Source of the DNA: an uncultured Candidatus Rokubacteria bacterium
GTDB lineage: Bacteria > Methylomirabilota > Methylomirabilia > Rokubacteriales > CSP1-6
DNA: 64,000 bases
Assembly (NCBI GenBank): GCA_963789955.1
Contig: CAWBMV010000034.1
Location: 960,001 to 1,024,000 of the forward strand
Reading direction: 5' to 3'
Shown: in pieces, positions 9,858-19,476 of the stretch
Layout: every line of letters starts with the position of its first letter
Position numbering within the stretch: the first letter of the stretch is position 1
Position numbers and translations under genes: made by a program
Notes under the pieces: model-generated
Told to the model about the DNA's origin: nothing
Databases searched by the model: none
Seen by the model: only the letters and a program-made list of their open reading frames with translations

Positions 9858-12185
9858 CTACGGCGATTCGGACCGCGACCGGGCCGCGCGAAGCGCTTCC
9901 CACACGCTCGCCGAGGTCAGCGGCACGCGCGTGATCTCGACGCCGCGGTCGGCCAGCGCGTCCTCGACCGCGTTGGCGATCGCCGGGACGGGCGAGATGA
10001 TGCCGCTCTCGCCGACGCCCTTCACGCCCAGCTCGTTGCGCGTCGACGGAAAATCGAGCGCGATGACCTCGAGCGGCGGCACCTGGTCGGCCTTCGGCAC
10101 GCCGTACTCCATCAGCGAGCCGGTCAGAAGCTGTCCCGCGTCGTCGTAGATGAGCTCCTCGGCCAGCGCGGCGCCGATACCCTGGACGATTCCGCCGTGA
10201 AGCTGGCCCTCCACGATCATCGGGTTGAGGGGGCGGCCGCAGTCGTGCACCGCGACGTAGCGCAGCAGGCGGAGCGCCCCGGTCTCGACGTCGACCTCGA
10301 GAGCGCAGGCGTGCGCGCCGAACGCCCACGTCACCGTCTCCGGGCGGAAGAACGCGCACGCATGGAGACCGGGGGCGCCGTCTCGCAGCAGAGTCGGGCT
10401 CCGCAGCGACGCGCGCGCCAGCCGTCCGATATCGACGCCGCGCTCGGTCATGCCGGCGACGTGCGCGCGGCCGCCGGCGAGCACGACGTCGGACGGCGCG
10501 CACTCGAGGAGCTCCCCGGCGACGAGCCGCGCCTTTCGCGCGACCTCGCGCGAGGTGCGCGCCACCGCCGGGCCCGCCACCGCGGCGACGCGGCTCGCGA
10601 TCGTGCCGTTGCCGTAGCCGACGACGGCGGTGTCGCCGCCCACGACGACGATGCGCTCTGTCTCGACGCCGAGCTCGGCCGCGCACACCTGCGCCAGGGT
10701 GGTCTCGTGCGCCTGGCCTTGCGAGGAGACGCCGATCTGGAGATAGATCATCCCGCTCGGATCGATCTTGACGTCGGCGCCCTCGAACGGCCCGATGCCT
10801 GTCCCTTCGAGGTAGGCGGACAGGCCGATCCCGATCGGCCGCGGGGACGCGCGCCGCGCCGTCTGCGTGGCGCGCCACTCGTCGTAGCCGAAGCGGGCGA
10901 GCAGGCGGTCGAACGCAACCGGATAGTCGGCGGGATCGTAGACGATCGGAACGCCGTCGCGGTACCGCAGCCCGGTCGTGTAGGGCATCTCCTCCGGGCG
11001 AATGAGATTGCGGCGCCGCAGGGCCGCCGGATCGAGACCGGCGCGGCGTGCCGCGCGGTCGAGAAGCCGGTCGAGGACGTAGGCGACTTCGGGCCGTCCG
11101 GCGCCGCGATAGGCCGCGCTGAACGTCTTGTGCGTCACCACGTTGACGGCCGAGCCCTTGAGGTGCGCGATCCGGTAGGGCCCGGGCAGATGGTTGATCG
11201 TGTTCAGCGAGATCACGTCGCCGATCACGGGATAGGCGCCGCCGTCGCGCGTGAACTCCGTCTCGACCGCGGCAATCGCGCCGTCGCGGGCGACGCCGAG
11301 GCGCGCTCGATGGCGCTGATCGCGATCGGGCGCCGTGGCCATGAAGTGCTCGCGCCGCGTCTCGATCCATTTCACCGGCCGCCGCAGGCGGCGCGCCACC
11401 GCGGGCAGCAGGACGTCCTCGGGATAGACGTGACCCTTGGCGCCGAAGCCGCCGCCGACGTCCGGCGCGATCACGCGGACTTGTTCTTCGGCGAGGCTCA
11501 AGGCCGCGGCGATCGCGGCCCGGACGGCGAACGGCACCTGGGTCGACGTCCAGATCGTCAACCGACCGTCCGGAGCCTCGGGCTGGACCAGCACGCCGCG
11601 AGGCTCGATCGGCATCGCGGCCACGCGCGGCACGGTGAGCCGCGCCTCGACGACCACGTGCGCTTCACCGAAGCCACGGGCGATGTCGCCGACCACGCCG
11701 TCGGAGGGGCCGGCGGCGTTGTCGGGCCACTCGTCGAACACGCGCGCGGCGCCGGTCGCGAGCGCCGCGTCGACCGTTGCGACCGCCGGCAGCACGTCGT
11801 AGCGAACGTCGACGAGCTGGGCGGCATCGGTGGCGCGATACACGTCGTCGGCAACCACCACCGCCACGGCCTCGCCGGCGTGACGAGCCTTCGGCCCCGC
11901 GATCGCCGGCTGAGCGTAGGGCCTGAGCCGGGGCGACGGCACGAGCGGCGGCACCGCGGCGGCGCACTCCGGCAGGTCGGCGAACGTGAGGACCGCGACC
12001 ACACCCGGCTCGGCCAACGCTCGGTGCGCGTCGATGCCGAGAATGCGGGCGTGGGCGTGAGGGCTTCGCACGATCGCCGCGTGCAGGAGGTCGGGCAGTC
12101 GCAGGTCGTCGACGTAGCGGCCCTGCCCGGTGAGAAAGCGACGATCCTCGCGGCGTTTGACGGAAAGGCCGATGGGCGTGCTCAT
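9858..12185 (-). CDS. Xanthine dehydrogenase family Mo-binding subunit (form II CoxL-like)
   Basis: KRREDRRFLTGQGRYVDD, VGGGFGAK, AYRGAGRPE, GVKGVGESG. Confidence 0.9.
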   Translation of the reverse strand: MSTPIGLSVKRREDRRFLTGQGRYVDDLRLPDLLHAAIVRSPHAHARILGIDAHRALAEPGVVAVLTFADLPECAAAVPPLVPSPRLRPYAQPAIAGPKARHAGEAVAVVVADDVYRATDAAQLVDVRYDVLPAVATVDAALATGAARVFDEWPDNAAGPSDGVVGDIARGFGEAHVVVEARLTVPRVAAMPIEPRGVLVQPEAPDGRLTIWTSTQVPFAVRAAIAAALSLAEEQVRVIAPDVGGGFGAKGHVYPEDVLLPAVARRLRRPVKWIETRREHFMATAPDRDQRHRARLGVARDGAIAAVETEFTRDGGAYPVIGDVISLNTINHLPGPYRIAHLKGSAVNVVTHKTFSAAYRGAGRPEVAYVLDRLLDRAARRAGLDPAALRRRNLIRPEEMPYTTGLRYRDGVPIVYDPADYPVAFDRLLARFGYDEWRATQTARRASPRPIGIGLSAYLEGTGIGPFEGADVKIDPSGMIYLQIGVSSQGQAHETTLAQVCAAELGVETERIVVVGGDTAVVGYGNGTIASRVAAVAGPAVARTSREVARKARLVAGELLECAPSDVVLAGGRAHVAGMTERGVDIGRLARASLRSPTLLRDGAPGLHACAFFRPETVTWAFGAHACALEVDVETGALRLLRYVAVHDCGRPLNPMIVEGQLHGGIVQGIGAALAEELIYDDAGQLLTGSLMEYGVPKADQVPPLEVIALDFPSTRNELGVKGVGESGIISPVPAIANAVEDALADRGVEITRVPLTSASVWEALRAARSRSESP

Positions 12186-12240
12186 GAGATTGTCGTCAAG
12201 GTTGTGGCAGTATAGGCGCGGACCCGGGGAGGTCACACGC

Positions 12241-13164
12241 ATGAACTATCGTCCGGTCGAGGGATGGGGGCGGCTGCCCGAGGGATGGTCGTTCGTCGAG
12301 GCGACGAGCGTCGCGGTCGACGCGAAGGACAACGTGCACGTGTTCAATCGCGGCGAGCACCCGGTCATCGTGTTCGACCGCGAGGGGAAATTCCTGAGGT
12401 CGTGGGGCGAGGGCGTATTCCGGCGCGCCCACGGGATCACGATCGGCCCGGACGGCACGCTCTGGCTCACCGACGACCTGCATCACACCGTCAGGCAGTT
12501 CACGCCCGAGGGCAAGCTGCTGCTGACCCTGGGCGATCCCGACACGCCGTCGACGCTGCACGGCGGCAAACCGTTCAACCGTCCGACGCACGTCGCGCTG
12601 TGCCCCAAGAACGGGGACATCTACGTCTCGGATGGATACGGAAACTCGCGCGTCCACAAGTACGATCCGAAGGGGCGGCTGCTCTTCTCGTGGGGCGAGC
12701 CCGGTACCGATCCAGGTTGCTTCAACATTCCGCACAACATCGCCACCGACGCCGAGGGGCGCGTGTACGTCGCGGACCGAGAGAACCATCGGGTGCAGAT
12801 CTTCGACGACAAGGGCAAGTACCTCACGCAGCTCAGCAACCTCTACCGGCCGTGCGGGCTCTTCGCCGATCGGCGCAACGGGGGTCTGCTCTACGTCGGC
12901 GAGCTGCCGGCGGCGCTCGCGGTCAGCGCCGAGGTGCCGAACATCGGCGCGCGCGTGAGCATCGTCACGCTCAAGGGCGAGCGGGTGGGCCGCGTCGGCG
13001 GCCGCTTCGCCGGCGAGAAGCCCGGCGAATTCGTCGCCCCGCACGGCTGCGTCGTCGACTCGCGCGGCGATCTGTACGTCGCGGAAGTGTCGTGGACGGC
13101 GCTCGGCCGCGATCTGAAGCCGCCGCGTGAGATCCGGTCGCTGCAGAAGTTCGCCAAGGTATGA
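12241..13164 (+). CDS. NHL-repeat protein, peptidyl-alpha-hydroxyglycine amidating lyase (PAL)-like
   Basis: NHL repeats FNRPTHVAL, SDGYGNSRVHKY, PHNIATD, VADRENHRVQIF. Confidence 0.8.
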   Translation: MNYRPVEGWGRLPEGWSFVEATSVAVDAKDNVHVFNRGEHPVIVFDREGKFLRSWGEGVFRRAHGITIGPDGTLWLTDDLHHTVRQFTPEGKLLLTLGDPDTPSTLHGGKPFNRPTHVALCPKNGDIYVSDGYGNSRVHKYDPKGRLLFSWGEPGTDPGCFNIPHNIATDAEGRVYVADRENHRVQIFDDKGKYLTQLSNLYRPCGLFADRRNGGLLYVGELPAALAVSAEVPNIGARVSIVTLKGERVGRVGGRFAGEKPGEFVAPHGCVVDSRGDLYVAEVSWTALGRDLKPPREIRSLQKFAKV

Positions 13165-13727
13165 CCGCGATGGCCGACCGGCTCCTCGCAGCGCTGGCGG
13201 GCTCCGGGGCGCGTCGGTACGGCGCCGAGGTCGTCTCCGAGCTCGAGCACGCGCTCCAGTGCGCCGAGCTCGCTCGCGAAGGATCGGCCGACGAGGAGCT
13301 GCAGCTCGCGTGCTTGTTGCACGACGTCGGCCGGTACGCCATCGATCAGTCGCTCGTGGCCGATACCCTGGAGGCGATGCGGACCGGCCCGAGCGCCCGA
13401 GGCCATCACGAGCTCGGCGCCGACCTTCTGGCGCCGTGGGTGCCCGAGCGCGTCGCGTGGTGCGTGCGCATGCACGCCGACGCCAAGCGTTACCTGTGCG
13501 CGACGGAGCCGGGGTACTTCGATCGCCTCTCGCCGGGCTCGCGGCACACGCTCCGGCTCCAGGGCGGCGTCATGTCGCCGGACGACGTCGCGCGGTTCGC
13601 CGGACACCGGTGGGCGCGTGACGCCGTCGCGCTGCGGCGCTGGGACGACGAGGCGAAGGTGGTGGGCAAGCCGACGCGATCGCTCGACGAGTGGGCGCCG
13701 TTTCTGCGGCGCTGGGTGTCGCGATGA
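13161..13727 (+). CDS. HD-domain diiron oxygenase, PhnZ/TmpB-like
   Basis: YGAEVVSELEHALQ, LLHDVG, HHELGA, HADAKRYL, LSPGSRHTLRLQGG, RRWDDEAK. Confidence 0.8.
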   Translation: MTAMADRLLAALAGSGARRYGAEVVSELEHALQCAELAREGSADEELQLACLLHDVGRYAIDQSLVADTLEAMRTGPSARGHHELGADLLAPWVPERVAWCVRMHADAKRYLCATEPGYFDRLSPGSRHTLRLQGGVMSPDDVARFAGHRWARDAVALRRWDDEAKVVGKPTRSLDEWAPFLRRWVSR

Positions 13728-13999
13728 GCCCGCTCGCGGACGCGCAGGTCACCGCCGAGCTCGCGCAGACGCCGGGATGGAAGCGGGCCGGCAAGGCGAT
13801 CGAGCGAACCTATCGCTTTCCGGATTTCAAGGCGGCGATGGTCTTCATCAACTGGGTGGCCGCGCTCGCCGAGCGGGCGAACCACCATCCCGATATGACC
13901 ATTCGCTACAACGAGGTCACGGTCTCGGTGTGGACTCACTCCGACGGCGGGCTGACGACGAAGGACTTCGCTCTCGCGCGCGGGATCGACGCACTGTAA
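13724..13999 (+). CDS. phhB: Pterin-4a-carbinolamine dehydratase
   Basis: AERANHHPD, WTHSDGGLTTKDFALA. Confidence 0.9.
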   Translation: MSPLADAQVTAELAQTPGWKRAGKAIERTYRFPDFKAAMVFINWVAALAERANHHPDMTIRYNEVTVSVWTHSDGGLTTKDFALARGIDAL

Positions 14000-14509
14000 G
14001 TGCCGGCCGCCGACCCACTTCCCGAGGTGTTCCGGGCCCGCTTCGCGACGCTCGAGGAGCAATTTCTCTCGAAGGACCCGGGCGACACGTTCTCCGAGTG
14101 CTTCGGCTGCGGGCCTCGACACCCGATCGGTCTACGTGTACGCACCTTCAAGACCGGCGAGGGCGTGCTGGCGCCGATCCTGGTCCCGGCGCGCTACGAG
14201 GGACCGCGGGGCGCGACCCACGGCGGCATCGTCACCGCGTATCTCGACGAAGTGCTGGCCGGTGCGGCGGTCAACGCGACCGGCCGGCTCTCCGTCACGG
14301 GTGAGATCACCGTGCGCTTCGTGAAGCCCGTGCCCCTCGAGACCCCGCTGCTTGGACGTGGACGCCTGACCGCGCGCTATGACCGCTACGTCGACGTCGA
14401 AGGCTCCATCGAGGAGCTCGAGACTTCCGAGGTGCTGGCGAGGGCGCGCGCCCGTTTCTTCTTCCAGGATCGAAGCGCGCGCGCCGCGCCGCCCGTCGCC
14501 GAGCGCTAG
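14000..14509 (+). CDS. PaaI-family hotdog thioesterase
   Basis: CFGCG..HPIGL, HGGIVTAYLDE. Confidence 0.8.
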   Translation: MPAADPLPEVFRARFATLEEQFLSKDPGDTFSECFGCGPRHPIGLRVRTFKTGEGVLAPILVPARYEGPRGATHGGIVTAYLDEVLAGAAVNATGRLSVTGEITVRFVKPVPLETPLLGRGRLTARYDRYVDVEGSIEELETSEVLARARARFFFQDRSARAAPPVAER

Positions 14510-15153
14510 ATCCGCGCGAGGAGCGCGAGCGTCGGCGCCTTCTTCGGCGCCGCCTGGTAGCGGCACTTGAGCTCCGGGCGCTCGAGGATCTCCACGTAGG
14601 TGCCCATCACCATGCGGTAGTAGGCCGGGTGCCGACCAGCTGGACCACCGTTGTACTCGGTGAGCGCGTCTTTGATGTTGGGCTTGCGCGTCATGATGTC
14701 GCGCAGGTAGGCCATCGCGAACTGCGTGCTCACGGTCGGGATCGCCAGATCGCCGAGATCGCGCTGTCCTTTGAGGACCGGACGCTTGAAGGGGCCGACT
14801 TTCGACTCGAACAGAGCGGCGGTCGACGGCAGGGTCTGGAAGAGTCCTACCTCCCCGGCGTTGCCGACGGCGTCGTGCTTGAACTCCGACTCGATCTCCG
14901 CCTGCGCCAAGGCCAGGCAGTGATCGATCTGCGTGCGCTCGCTCTCTGCGAAGAGGACTTCCGGAAAGTGCTGGAACGCCTTGATCGGGGCGCCCGGGTT
15001 CTTCTCGCCGATGTACGCCAGGACCGCTCGATTCAGCCGCTCCGTGTTGGCCTCGTTTGCGACAGCCAGGACCTGGCGCGTCAGCACGACTCCACCAAGG
15101 GCGATCGCGCCTACCAACGTCAAGCTCGCGAGCACTCTGTTAAGTCTGCGCAT
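14506..15153 (-). CDS. Lytic transglycosylase (SLT domain), N-terminally anchored or secreted
   Basis: Catalytic IES, VGLFQ, ALTEYNGG; hydrophobic N-terminus; AAGGAGG RBS. Confidence 0.8.
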   Translation of the reverse strand: MRRLNRVLASLTLVGAIALGGVVLTRQVLAVANEANTERLNRAVLAYIGEKNPGAPIKAFQHFPEVLFAESERTQIDHCLALAQAEIESEFKHDAVGNAGEVGLFQTLPSTAALFESKVGPFKRPVLKGQRDLGDLAIPTVSTQFAMAYLRDIMTRKPNIKDALTEYNGGPAGRHPAYYRMVMGTYVEILERPELKCRYQAAPKKAPTLALLARI

Positions 15154-15187
15154 GCAGCCCCTCCTTACTGTTTTTGTACGCGACCTA

Positions 15188-15253
15188 TCCTGATTCAGCT
15201 GTGACTACCCGATTCGACCGTGACTGCCTGATTCAGCTGTGACTGCTGTGACT
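15188..15253. repeat. 3.5 tandem copies of a 19-bp unit in the SLT leader
   Basis: tcctgattcagctgtgact / acccgattcgaccgtgact / gcctgattcagctgtgact / gctgtgact. Confidence 0.9.
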
Positions 15254-15279
15254 ACGGAAGGTGAAGGTGAAGTTTTTGA

Positions 15280-15308
15280 AGTATCGCACGGGCCGATGGA
15301 CTACGCAA
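15280..15308 (-). promoter_or_regulatory. Putative sigma70 promoter for the SLT gene
   Basis: Minus strand TTGCGT, 17 bp spacer, GATACT. Confidence 0.4.
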
Positions 15309-15408
15309 CAGGATGTTGGTTCGTTCCGGATATCCACAACCGGCAGGGGCAGAATTCCAGGACGGAACGACTGAAACGACGCAGAGTTACCGCGAGCGAC
15401 GGGTTAGC

Positions 15409-15648
15409 TCAGCGCGGACGGCGTGGTAGTCGCGTCGTGGCCGGGGGAATCGTCCGATGAAACTCGCTCGGGTCGTTGTCCATCTTGCCGCCGACGGCGG
15501 TGCCGCACTCGGCGCACACGTAGTCGTACTTGCTGCCGGAGGGAAGGACGAGCAGAAGCTTCTTGCGGGCCGGCGTCGCGCGCCGACAGCGGGGACAGAA
15601 GAGGCTGGTCGCCTCGAACTCCTCGAAGCTGTCGCGCGGCGGTGTCAT
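15409..15648 (-). CDS. Small Zn-ribbon protein
   Basis: CPRC...CAEC; TAGAAT lies 7 nt before the ATG. Confidence 0.7.
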   Translation of the reverse strand: MTPPRDSFEEFEATSLFCPRCRRATPARKKLLLVLPSGSKYDYVCAECGTAVGGKMDNDPSEFHRTIPPATTRLPRRPR

Positions 15649-15704
15649 CGTCCGAATTCTACACCGGGCCTATAATGCCGGCACGCTTCCTGAGGAGGAA
15701 CGCG

Positions 15705-17311
15705 ATGTTCCGCTCGCGGCTCGCGCTCAAGATCACCCTGCTCATCGTGGCCGTCCTGATCGTCGGCTTCGGCGTCTCGACGATCGTGACGATCCGGCGC
15801 GAATCGGCGGCGCTCGTCGAGCAGAACAAGCAGGCGGCCCGCCGGCTGACCCAGGCGGTCGTCGCGAGCGTCGAGGCCGCGATGCTCCAGGAGCGGCCCG
15901 ACGTGACGCGGAGCCTCATCCAGGAGCTGCGCGAGCTGCGGAGCCCGGCCGGTCGAGGATGCCTCGCCGCTCGAATCGCTGATGATCTACCGCCGCAACG
16001 GGGTCGAGGCGTTCACCGACATGGCGACGGCGACCGAGGTGGCTCGCAACGCCGGGCTCTCGGACGAGGTCATGAAGAACATCGCGAAGATGCAGCGGGC
16101 GCCCGGCGCGACGATGTCGGGGCCGCTCTTCACGCGGGCGCTCGAGACCCTCACGACCGCAGGAGTCGCTGGAGGTCGACAACGGCGTCTCCCTCTTCAC
16201 GATGCACTATCCGATCCTCAACAAGGAAAAGTGTCAGGGCTGCCACGGCAGCGATCACAAGGTTCGGGCGGTCGTGCGGATCGCGACCTCGATGGAGCCT
16301 GTCTTCGCCGAGGTCAGGCGCCACCGTAACCGGCAGCTCCTCATCGCGGCGCTGACGATCCTGGCCGCCGCCGCCGTCCTGACGGTGGCGATGAGCTCCG
16401 TCGTCGTACGGCCGATCGCCGCGCTCTCGGCGGTGGCTCGGCGCATCGGCGACGGCGACTTCGAGGCGCGGGCGCCGGCCGCCGCGCGCGACGAGATCGG
16501 CGATCTGGGCGGCGCGTTCAACGATATGACGTCGCGGCTCTCTCGAGCCCACTCGGAGCTGGAGACGAAGAACAAGGAGCTCGAGACCGCGCTCCAGAAT
16601 CTTCAGGAGTCGCGCCAGCGGGTGGCGCTCCTCGAGCAGCTGAAGGGCGAGCTCGCGAAGTTCGTGCCCGACGCCGTCAAGAAGCTGCTCGAGCTGAATC
16701 CGAACGCGACCGAGCTCCAGAAGCGGACGGTCGAGGTCTCGGTGGTGTTCCTCGACATCGCCGGGTACACGAAGCTGTCCGAGCAGCTCGACGCGAAGCG
16801 GCTCAACCAGCTCGTGCAGACGTATTTCTCGAGCTTTCTGGAAATCATCCAGAGCCATCACGGCGACGTGAACGAGACGGCCGGCGACGGCCTGATGGTC
16901 ATCTTCCAGTCGGAGCGCAGCTCGACCGACCACGCGCTCAACGCGACGCGAGCCGCCTTCTCCATTCACCAGCGCACGGGCACGCTGAACGAAGAGTACG
17001 GCGGCATGTTCCCGGCGATCCAGCTCCACATGGGCATCAACACCGGCGAGGCGCTCGTCGGCGCGACCAAGCTCGGCACCGGCGCCGGGCAACGCTGGAC
17101 GTTCACCGCCACGGGGCCGACGACCAACGTGGCGGCGCGCTTCGCCGGCTCGGCGCAGGGCGGCGAGATCGTCGTGGGGCCCACCACCGCCGACCGAATC
17201 CGCGGCCACTTCGTCCTCGAGAGCCTCGGCGAGAGGGCGTTCAAGAACGTCTCCCAGCCGATTCACGTCTATCGCGTGATCCCGCCGGGCATCTACGAGA
17301 AGATCGTCTAG
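15705..17311 (+). CDS. Membrane class III nucleotide cyclase with periplasmic CxxCH heme-c sensor and HAMP domain; frameshifts between about 15945 and 16160
   Basis: TM1, sensor with CQGCH, TM2, HAMP (RDEIGDLGGAFNDM), FLDIAGYT, NETAGDG, TNVAARF; upstream GAGGAGG RBS and TATAAT. Confidence 0.85.
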
Positions 17312-18262
17312 GTGAGCAGGCGCACACGCGTCGGGATCTGCGCGTGGGCCGACCCGGCGCTCATCGAGTCGGGGGCCTTCTATCCGCGGAAGTCCATGTC
17401 GGCCGAGGCGCGACTGCGCCACTACGCGAGCGTGTTCGACGTCGTCGAGGTGAACAGCTCTTACTACGCGATCCCCGATATCCGGAACACGCAGCGCTGG
17501 GTCGATCGCACCCCGGCGGACTTCGTCTTCCACGTGAAGGCCTACTCGCTGCTGACCGGCCATCATCCCCGCGCGGAGACCGTGCCGGCGGACCTCACCG
17601 CCCTCTTGCCGGCGAGCCCGCGGCGCACGCGCCGCGGCGAGATCGACGCCACGAGCTTCTCACCGGAGGCCGTCGATCGGGCGTTTCACCTGTTCCGGAC
17701 CGCGGTGCGGCCGATCGCCGAGGCCGGCAAGCTCGGCTATGTGCTCTTCCAGTTCGCGCCGTGGGTCCATTTCGACTCGACCCGGCTCGACTATCTTGCC
17801 TCGTTGCCGGCCCGGCTGCCGGGCTGGACGATCGCGGTCGAGTTCCGCCATCGCTCGTGGCTTCCCGACCACCTCGACGAGACACTGCGGGCTCTGACCG
17901 ACGCGCGGCTCGCCCACGTCATCGTCGACGCGCCACCGGCCGGCCACGCGATCCCGCGCGTCACCACCGCGACGGCGCCGACGGCGGTCTTCCGGCTCCA
18001 CGGCCGCAACGCGGAGGGGTGGCTGCGCCAGCTCCGCGGCGAAGAGCCGTCGGTGCGGGAGAAGTACGACTATCTCTACAGTGAAGGAGAGCTGCGGGCG
18101 CTGTTACCGGAAATCGAGGCGGTCGGCGAGGAGACGGAGGAGGTCTTCATCTCTTTCAACAACAACAACCGCGACTACCCGGTGAAGAACGCGCTGATGA
18201 TGAAGCGGCTCCTGGGCCAGCCCACGCCGAACGAGTCTACGCCGCTCGACCTGTTCACCTGA
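17312..18262 (+). CDS. DUF72 (YecE-like) protein
   Basis: VEVNSSYYAIP, FHVKAY, VEFRH, RLHGRN, YDYLYS. Confidence 0.85.
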   Translation: MSRRTRVGICAWADPALIESGAFYPRKSMSAEARLRHYASVFDVVEVNSSYYAIPDIRNTQRWVDRTPADFVFHVKAYSLLTGHHPRAETVPADLTALLPASPRRTRRGEIDATSFSPEAVDRAFHLFRTAVRPIAEAGKLGYVLFQFAPWVHFDSTRLDYLASLPARLPGWTIAVEFRHRSWLPDHLDETLRALTDARLAHVIVDAPPAGHAIPRVTTATAPTAVFRLHGRNAEGWLRQLRGEEPSVREKYDYLYSEGELRALLPEIEAVGEETEEVFISFNNNNRDYPVKNALMMKRLLGQPTPNESTPLDLFT

Positions 18263-18294
18263 GGGGCCGTTTCCTCTGGTAGAATCGTAGCCCC

Positions 18295-19146
18295 ATGCCG
18301 GAACTGCAGCTGCGCGGAGGCGAAGTCGACGGGCTCCGCTTGCACTATGTGGTCGAAGGTCGCGGGCCCGCCGTCATCTTCGTTCACGGTCTCGGCGGCT
18401 TCGCCGAGTCGTGGCGCCACAACGTGCGTCCGCTCGCCGGCCGCGCCACGGTGTTCTCCGTCGACCTCCCGGGATTCGGGGAATCCGCGAAACCGCGCAC
18501 GCATTACCGGCTCGGCTATTTCGCGAACGCGCTGCGCGGCTTCATGGATGGGCTCGGGCTCGCGCAGGCCTCCCTGGTGGGCCACTCGCTCGGCGGTGCC
18601 GTCTCCATCACGCTCGCGTTGACGCATCCGACGCGGGTTGAGCGGCTCGCGCTCGTCGGAGGCGTCGTGCCCGGCTGCAGCTACCGTCCATCGTGGATCT
18701 ATCGCCTCGTCGCGCTCCGCGGTCTCGGCGAGCTCCTGTCGCTCGGCGGCAGCGCCAAGCTCTACAAGGCCGCGCTCGCGCGCTGTTTCCATGCGCCCGA
18801 TCGTCGCGAGGTCGATTTCTTCGTGGACCACGGCTACGCCTCGCGCACGGACGGCGTGGCGCGCGCGGCCTACCTGGCCACGTTGCGTGACGTGCGCGTC
18901 GATTTCGAGACTCACTGCGAGGACTATCGCCGCGCGCTGACGACACTGCAGCTCCCGGTGCTGCTGATCCACGGCCGCCAGGATCGCGTCGTGCCCGCCG
19001 AGCATTGCGCGGAAGTCGCCGGCGTGCTCCGGCACGCGGCGGTTCGCTGGGTCGACGCGTGCGGACACTTCCCGCAGATCGAACACGTCGAGGCGGTGAA
19101 CGGCTGGCTCGTGGATTTTCTGGTCGGCCGTCCGGCGCCCCGCTAA
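18295..19146 (+). CDS. Alpha/beta hydrolase
   Basis: HGLGG, GHSLG nucleophile elbow, D (GRQDR) and H (CGHFP). Confidence 0.9.
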   Translation: MPELQLRGGEVDGLRLHYVVEGRGPAVIFVHGLGGFAESWRHNVRPLAGRATVFSVDLPGFGESAKPRTHYRLGYFANALRGFMDGLGLAQASLVGHSLGGAVSITLALTHPTRVERLALVGGVVPGCSYRPSWIYRLVALRGLGELLSLGGSAKLYKAALARCFHAPDRREVDFFVDHGYASRTDGVARAAYLATLRDVRVDFETHCEDYRRALTTLQLPVLLIHGRQDRVVPAEHCAEVAGVLRHAAVRWVDACGHFPQIEHVEAVNGWLVDFLVGRPAPR

Positions 19147-19158
19147 CGGAGCGGCGAG

Positions 19159-19476
19159 ATGGACGAGATCACCCCGCAGGAGCTGAAGGCGCGTCTGGCC
19201 GGTAGCGATCGCCCGCTCTTGCTCGACGTCCGCCAGGACTGGGAGACCCGGCTGGCTCGACTCGAGAACGCCGTGCACATTCCGATCGAGGAGATGGAGC
19301 TCAGGGTCGACGAGCTGAACGCCGACGACGAGATCGTCGTCTACTGCCACCAGGGCGTGCGCAGCGCCGCCGTCGCCGACTATCTCCGGCAGCGCGGCTT
19401 CAAGAACGTCAAGAACCTCCGCGGCGGGCTGGACTACTGGGCCCGCACCGTCGACACCTCGATGCGCCGGTACTAG
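19159..19476 (+). CDS. Rhodanese-like protein
   Basis: LLDVRQ, YCHQGVRS, NLRGGLDYW. Confidence 0.9.
   Translation: MDEITPQELKARLAGSDRPLLLDVRQDWETRLARLENAVHIPIEEMELRVDELNADDEIVVYCHQGVRSAAVADYLRQRGFKNVKNLRGGLDYWARTVDTSMRRY

Noticed and set aside
9858..12185. True aerobic CO dehydrogenase
   Set aside because: Active-site loop is AYRGAGR (form II-like), not AYxCSFR, and there are no coxM/S or accessory genes
9294..12215. 973-aa plus-strand ORF and other long antisense ORFs (e.g. 37799-40342, 35778-37985, 32652-34574)
   Set aside because: Shadow ORFs opposite well-supported genes, expected at this GC content; no recognisable motifs
15188..15253. Mini CRISPR array
   Set aside because: Units are contiguous with no unique spacers, and there are no cas genes; the DinG-like helicase has no type IV context
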